Origin: Oculina patagonica | Taxonomy: Eukaryota | Reading direction: 5' to 3' | Length of the DNA: 64,000 nt | Assembly (NCBI RefSeq): GCF_052425735.1 | Contig: NC_135763.1 | Location: 14,384,001-14,448,000 of the forward strand | Part shown: piece after piece, positions 38,101 through 55,947 of the stretch | Numbering within the stretch: position 1 is the stretch's first letter | Layout of the letters: each line of letters starts with the position of its first letter | Notes under the pieces: model-generated | Told to the model about the DNA's origin: nothing | Databases searched by the model: none | Seen by the model: only the letters and a program-made list of their open reading frames with translations | Program-made: the position numbers and the translations under genes

Positions 38101-39436
38101 TTGTTGTTTTGTCTTTTAAATAGCATAGTTTGCTATAAAAATTACTACGCATCAAATTCGCTGCATGTAAGCACACACCACACGAGAATTCGCGTTAATT
38201 AAATGCATGTTAACATAAATTTTCGACAATTCGCGTACATTTTGTTCGCGTTGTTAAAATGCTTCGTTATATTCCTATAATAGGGTAATATAGGTAAAAA
38301 ATACTCTAAAATGACGAAATTGATATAAAAGAATTAACTTAAAGGTAAAATGATCTAAATGTTTGTATGTATCTTTAAAAAATTCAAACGTAGCCTTCTT
38401 AAAACTTACTAAACTAGTCTTGTTCCTAATGATGCTGGGTATAGTATTCCAGAGGCGTGTAGTCGATACTGTGAAAGACCTTCCGCCTTCTGACTCCCGT
38501 TTGAATCGGGGGCAGACAAGGTTTAGTTGTCCATGTCTGCTCGATCTTTCTGAGTATCTGTCGACCTGACACTCGGCTCTCCGATATGTCGACCAGATTG
38601 TTTGAAAACCTGACCGTTGGCCAGTGTAACGCACATGTTCGCTTCTGCTGTCACAAACTCTTGTATATTTATACGGACTGCTCTTCACATGCACACATCC
38701 TAATCCCTATTTTTCTAGCAGCTACCTATCAGATATGGGGTTTTGTACATTCAACCATTACCTGGTCGTTTGTAGAAAAGGTGGGATGGAATGGAGTAAA
38801 GGCTCACAGCTCCGTGTCACTTATTAAAATGTACGAGGATGGCGTGGGTGTTCATTGCGCTACTCGTAATTGAAGTCTCATACGATTACAAATTACAATT
38901 TCAAGGACCTTCAAGGTAAAACCCGCCTTTATTGGCACTGAAAATGATTAAACGCCTGTACCCTTTAAGATACTTATATTTCAGTATCTACTGGTAGAAC
39001 GTAGATGTGTACAAGTTATGTACCCTCAAGTGTTGTTATACTAAATTTCGTTCTCTTTGTCTTCTCACGAGTGAAGGTCACAATTGCATGACACGCAATG
39101 TATATACAAAGTGTTTCTTAGTATAATTTCAAAAGATGTCTAAGGTAACACAACAAAGTTCAGTTACTTACAAACAACGTCAATTCGTCCCTCTTCATCG
39201 ATCACTTCTTTTACAGCCTTTTCCACCGACTCATCCGAACACACGTCCATTTGCTTGATTATCAATGTGTCGCCAAGGAACTTCTTGCCTTCTTCTTCTA
39301 GCTGTCCTTTTCTCGCCAAATTTCGCATTGTTGCGTAAACCTTAAAACGTCTCTCTGCATCTTTCGCGAGAAAAATAGCAGTGGCAAGTCCTATACCGCT
39401 GGAACAACCAGAAATTAACACAACTTTGGGCGCCAT
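35124..39436 (-). CDS. Retinol dehydrogenase 8 / 17beta-HSD1-like SDR; exons 39436-39172, 36070-35797, 35454-35124 (289 aa)
   Basis: SGCSSGIG Rossmann motif, NNAG, YSSSK catalytic motif; GT-AG introns with consistent phases (1, 2). Confidence 0.93.
36160..36360 (+). mobile_element. SINE in SDR intron 1
   Basis: Best-preserved copy of the SINE core; counterpart at the same intron position in the paralog. Confidence 0.8.
36369..36826. mobile_element. MITE with CCCGGG termini and 8-bp TSD
   Basis: TIR cccgg(g)n-actcccata / tatgggagta(c)n-ggg; TSD CCTTATAC at 36361-36368 and 36827-36834. Confidence 0.85.
37386..37518. mobile_element. Hairpin MITE
   Basis: TIR taacctgcgtggcgggcgt / acgcccgccacgcaggcta; TSD ACCATCAT. 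Confidence 0.85.
38270..38570 (-). mobile_element. 5'-truncated CR1/L2-type LINE 3' end
   Basis: PRFKRESEGGRSFTVSTTRLWNTIP..SFKK resembles the ORF2 C-terminus. Confidence 0.7.
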
Positions 39437-40249
39437 CTTCTGAGTCGTAGTTTTTCAGTAACACGCCGGGTGTCCTTATATATACCCTAATTAATTAAGT
39501 GGCAATCTCATCAGACCGTGGCAAAGGGACAAATGCGTGACGTGCCATTCGGGCAGAAATTGTATGCAGTACGTGAAAGGAAGAATTTAGTTTTACACTG
39601 ACGCGAGAATTTCCCAAAACATTACTGTAACGAACGGGACCATCTGACTGGGTTGATTCTCAACTTTAAAAAACGAGAACTCTGTTCCATCGCAGGCCTA
39701 CATTTAAGAATAATTTACGGTTTGACCAAAGGGTTTTATTCGTATTATATTACGTGTCAAATATTGACGCGTAAATTAACAAAAATGATTTACCCATTGC
39801 ATGAAAACACAAGTCTTTTCTAACCTTTCACTGTGTTGTCTAAAATATATCGATTATCAACTGTTATTAAAGTAACAGTAGGCAAAATTAGAGATTTCTT
39901 TCATTGAGAGTGGATAATCGGATTTTAGAATGATATGCATCGCATATCTTTGAGTGAGGGTATACCACTTAATTATTCTAAAATCTGATTATCAATAAGT
40001 CACCCGTTTTTTACTTTTAAAAAACGATATATTTCAGTCAAACTAGTAGATGGTCCAGTTATATTAATTTTTAGGAAATTTAAGTGTTAGTGTAAACCCA
40101 AATACTTCCATTCAAGTACAACGTACACTTTTTTGCCCGGATTGCGCGTCACGCATCATGAATACTTTTGCCAATTGTCTCGTAATATTAAAATTCAAGG
40201 TAAGAGACACCGTCGTGTTACGCAAGTCTGCAAAGCTCCGACTCCGTCG

Positions 40250-43200
40250 ATGGCGCCCAAAGTAGTGGTTATTTCTGGTTGTTCCAGCGGTATAGGACTT
40301 GCCACTGCTCTTTTTCTTGCTAAAGATGCAGAGAAACGTTTTAAGGTTTACGCAACAATGCGAAATTTGGCGAGAAAAGGACAGCTAGAAGAAGAAGGCA
40401 AGAAGTTTCTTGGCGACACATTGATAATTAAGCAGATGGACGTGTGTTCGGATGAGTCGGTGGAAAAGGCTGTACGAGAAGTGATCGATGAAGAGGGACG
40501 AATTGACGTTGTTTGTAAGTATATAACTGAACTTTGTTGTATTACCTTAGACGTTGCAATTCGACTCAGAAACATCATGTTATGCATTGCGTGTCAAACA
40601 TAAAGTTTGTAAAGGCCGTGAAAATGGTAGCTAACAAATAGAGTTTAAATTCTCTCACTTAAAAATAGTGCGATAGATTACTAGACTGAGGGGTTATCAT
40701 CATATACACATTTAGTTCTCCCAGCAGCTACTAAAATAAAGGTACCTTCAAAGGAACGTTACTCTGTGACGGTACTCTGGGCTTTTATCCTGATATGTTT
40801 GCGGCGAAGAAGCGGAAGCACGATCGGAGAGGAGAAGCTGCAATCGTGGTAGTTCTTTCGTGTCACGCTCTCGTGGGTTCCGCGCTACTCGCTAAAGAAA
40901 GATAGAAAGTTCTGGTGACGAGAGTAACGTTTTAATGCGTTTAATGAGTTTAATACCAGTAAAGACAGGCTTAACCTGAAATAGTAATTTTCAAACGTAT
41001 GAGGCGCAATAAAGGGTAGTGCAGATAGCAATAGGNNNNNNNNNNNNNNNNNNNNNNNNNNNNNNNNNNNNNNNNNNNNNNNNNNNNNNNNNNNNNNNNN
41101 NNNNNNNNNNNNNNNNNNNNNNNNNNNNNNNNNNNNNNNNNNNNNNNNNNNNNNNNNNNNNNNNNNNNNNNNNNNNNNNNNNNNNNNNNNNNNNNNNNNN
41201 NNNNNNNNNNNNNNNNNNNNNNNNNNNNNNNNNNNNNNNNNNNNNNNNNNNNNNNNNNNNNNNNNNNNNNNNNNNNNNNNNNNNNNNNNNNNNNNNNNNN
41301 NNNNNNNNNNNNNNNNNNNNNNNNNNNNNNNNNNNNNNNNNNNNNNNNNNNNNNNNNNNNNNNNNNNNNNNNNNNNNNNNNNNNNNNNNNNNNNNNNNNN
41401 NNNNNNNNNNNNNNNNNNNNNNNNNNNNNNNGGACAGCGCAAGCCTAATTTTGTTTTTGAGTCCTGTGTCTTTTGAGTTGGTATGCCTGTGTACTGTTAT
41501 GCGGAATGAATCGAGCCGTAATGCGCGCGCAAATGTATGGACACCAGATTAGCCGCCCCGATTGATTTTTGCAGGGGCAAATCTCGGCCGGGAAACTGGT
41601 AGCCACAGATGGCCTCGATTTCATGCACAATGACGTCCCAAACGGAGCTTAGAAACATTATTCGGCTTGAAAAAAGGGTTAAAACGTGTGGCCAAAATTG
41701 TAATTTTGCCAAAAATGCATTGGAGAACGTTAGAAGGTTATCATCCAAGGTAGCAGAGTTGTCTTCAGCCACCGAACGTCATAAAAAGAGTGGAAATCGA
41801 GTAAGTCGATGCGTAGTTTCGTAGGGAGTTCGTTCGTAGGTAAACTAGCGTGTTTCTTGCAATTATATGTTGCACAAAACTACAAATTGTAGAATTAAAT
41901 GCATCGAGAATGGGTATAATACGGATCAAAACTATTTTATCACTTCTTTGAATTTGCAATATATCGTTATTCCTAGAAACACTAGACGTTTTGACGAGGA
42001 AATCGTTGTATAGTGAATGTATTATGCGGGTAGTGGATTACTGTGTGAATTATGTCTGTGGAATTTTAAATCGAAGTGAAACTATTTCCAGAAGTTTGTG
42101 GAAGTTTAAATCTCGTTTACTGCCAAACAATAACAAGTCAAATGAAATAAATAATTATTTTTGTGTACACAATTTCATTCATTCTATGTTCTTTTGGCTC
42201 GTCACACAATCTTTCTTACACTTATCCTCGTCGCGTTTAGTGAGGTATAAGCATAGTAACTAACTTTGACATAAGGCATGCTACTAGTAGGCCGACCATG
42301 TCGGTGTTTTGCCACTGCCCGTTTACCTTGGGTCTATTTTACCTATAGGCCGAACGTACTCCCCTGATCTCTGATTACTACTTTGAGTTCTAACGTTATA
42401 TACATATGATCAGAGAATGGGTGAGTTTTACAAACCCCAGGTCCAATAGGAAGCTGCTAGAAGATATGGATGTGGGTGTGTACACGTGAGAAGCATGCAA
42501 TCCCTGTGAATATACAAGAATGCGTGACAGCTGAAGTGTATATGTGCGTTACACTGGCCAACAGTCAGATGTTCAACTGAAATATTTGATTTGTTTTATA
42601 AATGGTGTCGTAAATAGTTAATTTTTTTGTAAACCTGTGCAATCAGTCTCTGAAGAAGACATGTTACATGTTAGCTATTGATCAAATACCATAACTGGCC
42701 CTAAAATTCACAATAATACTTGTTTCTGATTACATGACACAGACTGGAAAAAACTATTTCAGATCGGCCTCGGCTGTCCAACCGACACGAATTAGTCAAA
42801 CCGTACGAGGCTGTTTCCATGTAATCAAAAACAGATTACAGACCGATTGCTTTCCAGGATGCCCGGTCTCATGTGATTATGATATGTATTTAATCTTCCT
42901 GTAACGGCCAGGCTAGTATGGATCACTCATAACGATCACTTTAGCAGAGCTATTCCAATCGCCGGAGCTTGTCCCAGCTTCAGTAGCATGAAGCGACTAG
43001 CATCCCCTGGATGGGATGCTTGTCCATCGCAGGGTTATCCCCCATCGCAGGGTATAGTACCCATTTATACACCTGGGTGAAGAGAGGCTGGTATAGGTCA
43101 CCCATAATTTTCACATAGGTTTCCCATAACGTTCACATTGCAGTTACTTCTGATAGCACAAAAAAGATAAAAACTTAACGTTTTATTTTCTAGTCAACAA

Positions 43201-45199
43201 CGCCGGTATGGTCCTATTCACCGTTTTTGAGTGTATCCCGGTGGAGGTGATGAAAACAGTTTTTGAAGTGAATTTCTTTGGCACCGCCCGTTTAATCAAA
43301 GCTGTGCTTCCACACATGAAGGCAAAGGAAAGTGGGCTGATCATAAACAACAGCAGCCATGCTGGAGTGGCCGGATTTCCATATATGGAAGTTTACAGCT
43401 CATCAAAGTTTGCCGTGGAAGGTTTGACAGAATCATTAGCCCCCACTCTCCGCCAGTTTAATATCAGGTAACCAAAACCAAGTCCTAAATTTTTTAATTC
43501 TCCTTACACCTTTATTATTTGCAATTCTATTGCTGGTTCTGAGGATTCTGTGTCGTATTTAGTCAATGATTTTCATTATCTTCCATCCCTTGACCGGCTG
43601 TTTGTTAATTCAGTCACAATCTGTCAGTTCTCTGAGCAAAAAGGTTCATGTTAATCGTTCGGGTGAAGGTAGGTCTGAAAAGGGCTCTTTGTTGGTGACT
43701 AACGTTTCAACAACCTTGACTCGATGTCATCTTCAGAGTCAAGTGGAAAGTGTTTCAAAGTCCATTGTGTTTGTCAAGTCATGTAGAGCTCGTCAACAGT
43801 GATTGGTCAGTTCTAGTAATATAAGTTTTAATCTCTCGATTGTTACTCTATGTTCGATTTTGTTTGGTTGGCTCCGATGGCTCTAAGTTGGTCAGTGTAC
43901 CGCCTTTGCAGAGTCAGACGTTTAAAACAGTTTGTAATGTAGGTTAGGGATTGAGCGGATTCCCAGCCAATTCTGTGGGTGGTAAGTTGAAGATGTTTAG
44001 CAATATGAAGGTTGACATCACCATTTCTCGTTGTTCGTTCAACCTGATGGTTTAGTCAGACTGGAGGTAGGGTTGTACCAGTCTCGTCCGACGAACGGAT
44101 CTCAAACAAAATGATTTCAATTAACGGTCAAAAGAGGGAAGACGAATTACTTCTGACTACTTCTACTGACTAGTCACGAGTCGACGAATTTTACATGAGT
44201 CTTAATCCCAAAACATCACGGCAAATCTAACCAATCAGTTTCAACGGATCCGGACCAGACTCCAATAACACAATCGACTTTTCACTTGAATGTAGAGATG
44301 ACTTCCGTTTAGGTTGTCTAAGGTTCCGTAACCAACACGAGCTAGACATTTCAAATTACTGAAACTCCTGAGTTTAATCCATTTACCAGCTGAAGTTTAT
44401 GTTTACTCAACAGTGAAGAAGAAGTGGTTTATTCTAGCCAATGGAGGAACCTTTTTCTCTAATAAATATTTCCTTTCCCTCCGCCCCATTTGAGTACCGT
44501 CTAGACTCGCCACAGAATTAGCTGTTCCCAACGTCTTAGGTGGTGTTTATTTCTAAAAAATTAGTCAAATTTGTGAAAGGTCGTGAGAAAGAAGTCAAAT
44601 TTTGCTGGCCGCTTGGGCTATTTTGACATATTTCTCAAGCTGCAAAGTTAACTCAAGACATTTAAAAACTATTTACTATATCTTGCCCAAAATATGAAAC
44701 TTTTTTCTCTTGTGGCCCAAATTCATCCTTTAAAATCAATAGAACTACTGTAAGGAATTTTCAAACTTTCACTATTCATTTGCTAATTTCTAGAATCGAA
44801 TACTTTCCATTACAAAGTTATAAAACGTATCAGTAAACGAATAGAGGTTTCTTCATTTTGTTCTGTAGATGCGTCATCATCGAACCAGGTCCCGTGAACA
44901 CTCCAATGAAAGACGCTGCATCTGGCGCAGAAGTGGACACCTCAACAGCTGACCAAAAAACTCTTCTCATCAAGGAAAGAGTGTTAAATAGGTGGGGTCA
45001 GTTCTGGGCTCAGCCAGGGAAGGTGGTGAGCGCGGAGCTAGTAGCAGAAGTTGTAAAGGAAGCAATACTGAACGAAGACCCAAACTTCCGGTACCAAACA
45101 AATAAGGAATACTGCCCTGATGAGATTGCAGCCAAATTGGCAGATATTAACGGAAATAAGTCTGTTGATTTGATCACCAAACGATTCTGTGCTGAGTGA
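40250..45199 (+). CDS. Retinol dehydrogenase 8 / 17beta-HSD1-like SDR paralog; exons 40250-40514, 43194-43467, 44869-45199 (289 aa)
   Basis: Same motifs and identical exon lengths (265/274/331 nt) as the minus-strand copy. Confidence 0.93.
41036..41431. other. Assembly gap (N run)
   Basis: 396 N. Confidence 1.
42944..43090 (-). mobile_element. SINE fragment in SDR intron 1
   Basis: ggatgggatgcttgtccatcgcagggtta...cccatttatacacctgggtgaagagagg. Confidence 0.75.
43640..44340 (-). mobile_element. Penelope-like element fragment (GIY-YIG end, inverted pseudo-LTRs)
   Basis: Minus-strand relics VGxETG..RNGDVNLHIAKHLQLTTHRIGWESA; inverted related terminal copies at ~43690-43750 and ~44277-44335. 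Confidence 0.75.
43696..43741 (-). ncRNA. Minimal type I hammerhead ribozyme motif of the Penelope pLTR
   Basis: tgact-CTGAAGA-tgac..gttgtt-GAAA-cg-TT-agtca: CUGANGA and GAAA cores closed by stem I. Confidence 0.55.
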
Positions 45200-48100
45200 T
45201 GTCCCATGTTCTCTCCCTAGCTTGCGTTTTGTCAATCCTTCTATCTCTGATTTGAAATATTTTGTAAGTGTTTGTTCTGAGAATGTAGTAATAGATCAAG
45301 ACGATAATCTAGTCGCTGATGAATTTCTGTATTCTTGTTATTTGTCTGCTTGATAATATCTTGGTACTGTTGGTCACATTGTTCAAATGTTTTGATGTAG
45401 ATGAATGTTTTATTAAAGCTTCCATTTCATTAGTATAGTTTCGTTTTTGTTATGTGTGAATTGTAAGAGAAGTTTGTCGGTCCATATTTCTGTGGGTGCT
45501 TTCCATTGAACCAAACATTCGAGAAATGGTAGGCTGAAAATAAAAAATAAGACAGTCCGTTGAGTATACTAAGGAATTCCGCTGAAAACTAACGTTGCAC
45601 CTTTTACATAATTATTGAGAGATTTGCCGTCCCATTTTTGACAAACTGGTTACCATCTCATATGTCAATAACCGGCACGCATACATGCATGCATAGGCGA
45701 TGACGCTTTACAATGATCCCAGAAATTGCATTTTTCTTATTCATTTTAATTTTTATTTGCCTTGACTACAAAACGAACCTCCAATACATTACAAACCTAC
45801 AGTATGATAAGATAAATACATTAAATCATTATGAACTTCGTCATTTAGCGACAGAAAGGCCCAGGATTGATTTCCACACCTAGTCCGCGATACTGAAGAT
45901 TGTGTGACATTTCCGTATTGAAATGGTCTGAAATGTAATGAAGTCAACACCGCTTACTAGAATCACTTACATGCATTTATGCAACTTATCAAACAAAACA
46001 TTTTAGATCAGCTAAATCAGCAATAGGGTAGAAGTTCTTTCTGAACTCTGGCTTCTCGTACAAATAGGAATACGGATACCGTCACTGTGTTATTTTTAAT
46101 GGCTTGAGATAAATACCCGAATAAATATTATCAAATGAAGTAAAAGGAAGATGGCTAGTCGCGAAGGGAAAAGAAAAGAAAATTAACTTAAAGTTAAATA
46201 TTATCGACAACAATGCAAGTAAAAGCAAACAATGATTTCAGATAGCTCACCTTTGCAATCTAATCAAGATACTGCTGCCATCGGTCTCCCTTTTGGAAAG
46301 GTTTCAAAAGTTATGACACTAACCGGCCTTCACTCGTCAAATTCAACATCAGTCAACTTAGTCTGCCATCACGTATGCCGACTTCGAATACACGTACAAC
46401 GGTAAAAAAGTTCTTTAAGCGAGCTCACAATTATCCAGCACATCATTCTCCCCTGACCCCAAAACTCCGGTTAACTGTACGTTAGAAATCAAACGCGTTT
46501 TGCCGATGGATGCTCTTAAAGTTGATTCAAAGATGGCGTACCGAAACTGAGTAAACAACAAAGTGCCTAGTTCCCAGTGCTACTCGGTTGGAGTAATCTC
46601 TCACACCTCACACGGCCGTCCACCGGGCCATAACATATAGGCGTCACCGCCTAAAAAGGGAAGATTATCGAAAAAGTAGTCTAAAGGTTACAAAAATGAC
46701 TCAATATTAAGATCAAATCGAGAAAATTTCTAATGGTTATCACACTATACGAACTACACAAATAACGGTATAACCTTGAAATCAAGAAACGCACATTATT
46801 GTGGATGTCACTCAAAAGTCTACTACTAAGGACTAAAATTATGTTCGTTAAAATGATTTTTCGGTAAAACCCAGTAAAATTATATCCATATATTACTCGG
46901 CATATTTGCCAAAAAAAGAGATGTTTTTACAGGCTCAAAATCGGTTTCAATTTCTTTTTAGTAAACTTTAGGATATGAAAACTATTGGGTACCGGGAATG
47001 GCGTACTCCTTTGACAGCCTCGTCCATGAGTGAAATATTGGGTCTGGTACACAATAACGCTCTACCGCCGCCTCGACGTCACGCGCGCTGATAAGCGAAA
47101 AGTACACCAACGCACGTACTGTCGGCTCCTTTAGATCAAACATCTTTCGCGGGTCGTACATACTTCATTTAATCCCGGCATTTCCTTTAAAGTTTTCATT
47201 TACAATGCTGACATACTACATTCAGAACAAGTGATGACGATTTTTCGTATCAGTTGCAAGAACTTTTTCAATTAAATATATTTTAGCAGCTTTTGATCAT
47301 TCTCAAAGTGGTTAAACAACAGTGCCACGAGAAATTAAATATCCCTTTTGCTTGGGAACTTAGTATAAATGAAGAGTTTTAATATCGTTATCAAGCTTTT
47401 ATTTGCCTTAGAGAGACAATTGTCGAGCCGCTTTTGCTAAACTGAACCTAAACACGGAGGGTTTCTGAGCAAAACCTAATTTTGTGTTTTATTATGAAGA
47501 AAACAAAACTGAAAACGAAATCATCTATTTGCGTTGAATATCATTTTCTTTATTAAAAAGGTTGTTTGCCTTCTTCAATTTGTCTATCACAAACGTTTTA
47601 ATCTTAGAGAAAAGAATGAATGAATAATTTAAAACGTTATTTCGGTTTTCATTCTTACTGACGTAATTACAACTTCTATTACATCTTCCGTTTGTCAAAA
47701 TTTCTAAAAAAATTAATTTTAATATATTTGAGTTTAAACATTTCACGTCCTGTCGTGTGAAGTAATTTTTTGTCGTAAAAACGTATCCTTCCTTCCGTTA
47801 GAATAAAAAAAAAACATTGCAAATCTCCCTCGATTCTATTCGTGAAAACTGTTTTGAACACTGAAAAAATAAAATCTGCTAAATCAAAGCAAATTTAAAA
47901 TGAAACAATAAAAAACTTTAAGGGTTCCGCTTTCAATAACAGGATTACAGGATATTGCTTAAAATAACTTTTACGAGATAAATACCAAGTGTTCAAGCCG
48001 TGGATTTAAATATAGTAAAACGGACCAAAGGGTCTTCCGTTTAATAAATCTTGTCTACATCAATGCAATTGAGGTCTGATTGAATATCATATCATTTTGA

Positions 48101-49784
48101 CATCTTCGGAAAAACTTATGCAAACACAAGTCTGCATCAAAGAAGCCAAGTAATAAAAAGTCCGTTTTGATAAGCGTATTCTCAAGTACTTAAAGAACCC
48201 AGATTGCAATTTTCCTTGCATAAGTACCACGTAAAGATGGTGTCCATTCAACACATAACGTTAAAAAGGTTTCTTCTGCTTGTAGTGTTTAGCACAACGT
48301 TATTTAGAAGCTCTTGGTCTAATGAGGTAAGTGTTACAATTTTAGAAAAACAACTTTGTTAAAATCGGACATAAAAAGAAAATGCGTTTAATACAAAAAG
48401 AATATAAGTTTAGAATTTTACAGGCAAGCTTGTCCGAAAAGCATGTAGCCTTTTGTGGCGGAAAATTACGAACACTGAGACTATGAGAATTAAACTGAAA
48501 ACCACCCAATGTACTTTTAAAATGTAACTTCAGGGTCATTTTTTCTTCCAAAGCATTTAAAACGGCACTATTCCGTTGTACATGTAGGGAACAATACGTG
48601 TTTTTAATAATAGAGTACGTTAAAATCAGTATAAGCCAAAAGAAATCTTCGCAAATCGTCCGCAATTGAATCCCTTTTAAAGAAACACCGAAATTATTAA
48701 ACAAATTAAAACTTGTATCAATATTACTCTGATCGCATGGAATAAAAGCGAATAGAACGGGCTTGGTTATAGTCTGTTTGTTATAGGGCCGTCGGTTCTC
48801 CTTGAAATCCCCTCGTTTGAGATGCTAAGATAAGACCAGCTTTGGAGACTCAAAAATGAATAAAAAGAGTGACAAATGAAAATAAATTATTTCTTTCTTG
48901 TCTTCCAGCTTCTCTCACCCAAATGTCTCTACCAAATTTTTGTTTTTGTAGATCGTAGCTTTTTTTTTACAACACGCCTAGACAACTTCGAAGTTACATT
49001 GTTAACGGCAAAGCCTGCTGAGAACATTTAAGGGATCATTCCTAAAAGGAAGCTCTTATTTAGTTGTTTTTAGGCATTTTTGAGCGTCTCCATAGAAGTA
49101 ACATTTCAAAATTTTAAACGTAAATATATATTTATCTTCTCAAACTCTTATAATTCAAGTTACAGGAAATCAGCCGTGACGGAGTTGGATCTGATCTAAA
49201 GCATAGATTTTGACGATTTTTTTCCGTTTTCGTTGTTGGTCGAGGAGAATCAACCACGAGGTGCTCCAACACCTCGAGCGGCATCCCGCGCGCGTCGATC
49301 ACCTCTCTCGGTGTTGGAAATGTGATGAAAAACACTGTCTCGTGTTTGATATATTACTTCACAGAACCCGATGGAATAATTTAACATATTTTTTTATTCT
49401 AAAAATATGGACGAAAGGGGTTTTTTTTTTTTCCTGGATACGTTTTTTTAATTTTGTCAAGTTGCTTATGGTATGGATAAACATAACTCAATCGGCGTTT
49501 TTACACGGTCAAAAAAAGTCGCGTAAAAATCTTTACATTTGGAAAATGAATTGCTCGATACTGTACAAACAGTCTTATTTGCCAACGTATGACGTAAAGT
49601 GCCCTACGTCACTAAGAACTTACAAAACTGTGTTCAGAAACATAAAGCAACGAGGCATCTGGTAAGTGCGTTTGACCTGTTACGTTTCAGCTTTCTTTTT
49701 ATCCAATAAGAGACCAGCTTAGTGCCAATCAAGCTGCATTACAATCAAACTACATTGTGAAAACTTGACATTTTTTTTTTCAAG

Positions 49785-53934
<4,150 letters not shown>

Positions 53935-54630
53935 GGCGTCACACGATTTAAGCACGCTAATCCGATTGTTTTAGTTGTAAGTTAGATGCATAGAGTAGAA
54001 AAATGAAACCAGTTTTCCAACGTTTCCAATTATCTCTTAATGAAGGTGTGCGTAGTTAATTGGAGCTCTGCGTTCTTGTTTTAAGTGATGAATTGCTGCC
54101 AGATTCTTCACCAGTATTTTTTTCTTAGAAAATTGTTAGACACATCTAATTTTTTTTTCTTAAAGAAGACTGGGGACGGGCTAGAGCCATAGATAGATTG
54201 TGAGTATTTGTTCTGACTCTTAAAGAATGTTGGCTGCCTTTTATGTAATTGACAAATAACAAAATTAAAGCTTGCTGAAAGAACTTTGTGTTACATTTCC
54301 TTACTAAGTCATATAAAGCTTACCAGCAGCTGGTACTCAAATAGCCAACATGGCTTGGTGATCGTTACTTTAACATGCCTTGCTTCGTTTAGTAAACTTT
54401 TTACCAAAACTCTTTCTGTACTTTTTGGCAAATGAAGCACGTCGTAGAAAACTTATCCCCTTGCAAAACATTAATCCTGCTACATCGCCGATAGGCCATT
54501 GCATCAAACTTCGGCTTCAGTTATATTCTTTTGAATCCTGATTGTTGATGTGAAATTTTTTTTTGCAGATTGAAATATGTATAAACTTATTTCGTCTAAC
54601 TTTTGTCAGCTTTCCTAAATTCGATATTAT

Positions 54631-55240
54631 TGGAAGACGGAGCACGTCGTATCCAGTCATTCGAAGTACGGTGACTGAATGTTAGTTCAAGAATGTTCTC
54701 TAGTTTGTGTTTATTTGGAAACACAACATCACTTTAATCAAACTTGCGTAGGATGTTACGTCGCCTGGCCGCTTCGTGGACTTTCACACCAATCGGTTAA
54801 AGATCCTCAGCAACGTCGGTGGGTAGATAGATTAATCGGCGATCGTTAATTTACAGTGACAGTTTTTTGATCGCTATGAGTCTGAAATAAATTTAAAGGC
54901 ACTGGGGTTTTTCTTAGGAATAGCGCTAGCTAGCGCCGAGACTTAAAGATTCCTACACTCGATTTGATTGCATATTTTAACTTTGTGATGGAACTGACAA
55001 CTGTCGATATGTTTTGGAAGACGGAGCACGTCGTATCCAGTCATTCGAAGGACTGTGACTGAATTAAAATGTATACATTTGGCAACACAACATCATTTCA
55101 ATCAAACTTGCGCAGGATATTACTTTGGCTGGCCACTTCTTGGACTTTCACACCGAACCAATCGGTAAGGCCGATCCTCAGTAACGCCGGTGGGCAGATA
55201 GACGAATCGGCGATCGTTAATTTACAGTGATAGTTTTTGG
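54631..55240. repeat. Direct duplication of ~230 bp (54631-54870, 55014-55240)
   Basis: tggaagacggagcacgtcgtatccagtcattcgaag ... atcggcgatcgttaatttacagtga in both. Confidence 0.9.
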
Positions 55241-55321
55241 ATGGCTTAGTGTTAATTTGAGTCTAAAGTAGATCCAAAGGCCCTGTGGCTTTAATCAGTT
55301 TTAGTGCCGAGTCTCTATTAA

Positions 55322-55500
55322 CCCTTTGACACCCAAATTTTCCCAAAAAAACGCTTTTTTAGCCGCTAAACTGAAAGTTTGGTACTATGGTCTTGAATTT
55401 ACCTCAACTTTGCTAAAGAAGCACTTTTTTACACTTCAGCAACATTTTGATAAAGATTCTGTGTAAAAACGTACAATATTTTACTTTGGTGCATGCGCAT
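55322..55500. mobile_element. Left part of the piggyBac-type MITE, truncated next to the Polinton
   Basis: TTAA + ccctttgacacccaaa; near-identical to 7590-7770. Confidence 0.88.
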
Positions 55501-55528
55501 TTTTATTTTTTTTTTTTGCTGAACCGTT

Positions 55529-55830
55529 AGTAGTAAGGACCGCTTAAGTTCGGATCTAGCCAATCACAGAGCAGCATTTCTGCGCATGCGTAGAGGGGGA
55601 AATCACGTGACTTGGGAGGGATGACGTCATAGGAGTCGGTCCCAGGGTGGTCCGAGTCTCGGTTCTAGGCCCCAACGGCCAAAAAGCGCTCGCCCCAGTC
55701 CCCCTCGGAAATTTTTTTTAAAAAGGGGCAAAAAATGGATGAAACGGGAAAAAATCACGTGACTCGGAGGCGATGACGTCACAGCAGTCGGTCCCAGTTC
55801 CCGAACGGTTAGAATGAACTTGGTCCCAGT
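55529..55830. promoter_or_regulatory. Viral terminus (probable TIR) with duplicated E-box + CRE module
   Basis: AGTAGT; agccaatca; tgcgcatgcg; aaatcacgtgact..gatgacgtca..agtcggtcccag at ~55600-55645 and ~55751-55797. Confidence 0.65.
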
Positions 55831-55947
55831 CCTCGCGCGGAAAAAACGACAAGACAAGAAAATAGGTGTAAAAACAGGTTTTTTTTAATAACAGGTTTTT
55901 TCTGTTAAGGTACAAGACACTAAAAAACGGTAACAAGTGGTCCTAAA

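Noticed and set aside
40885-41552. ORFs spanning the N run
   Set aside because: Assembly-gap artefacts
45700-49500. Possible DNA-transposon remnants (e.g. Kolobok-like end near 47010)
   Set aside because: Could not pair termini or identify TSDs by eye
49560-49661. Candidate first coding exon of the collagen gene (donor ctg|gtaagt)
   Set aside because: No convincing start or signal peptide and ambiguous phase; left unannotated
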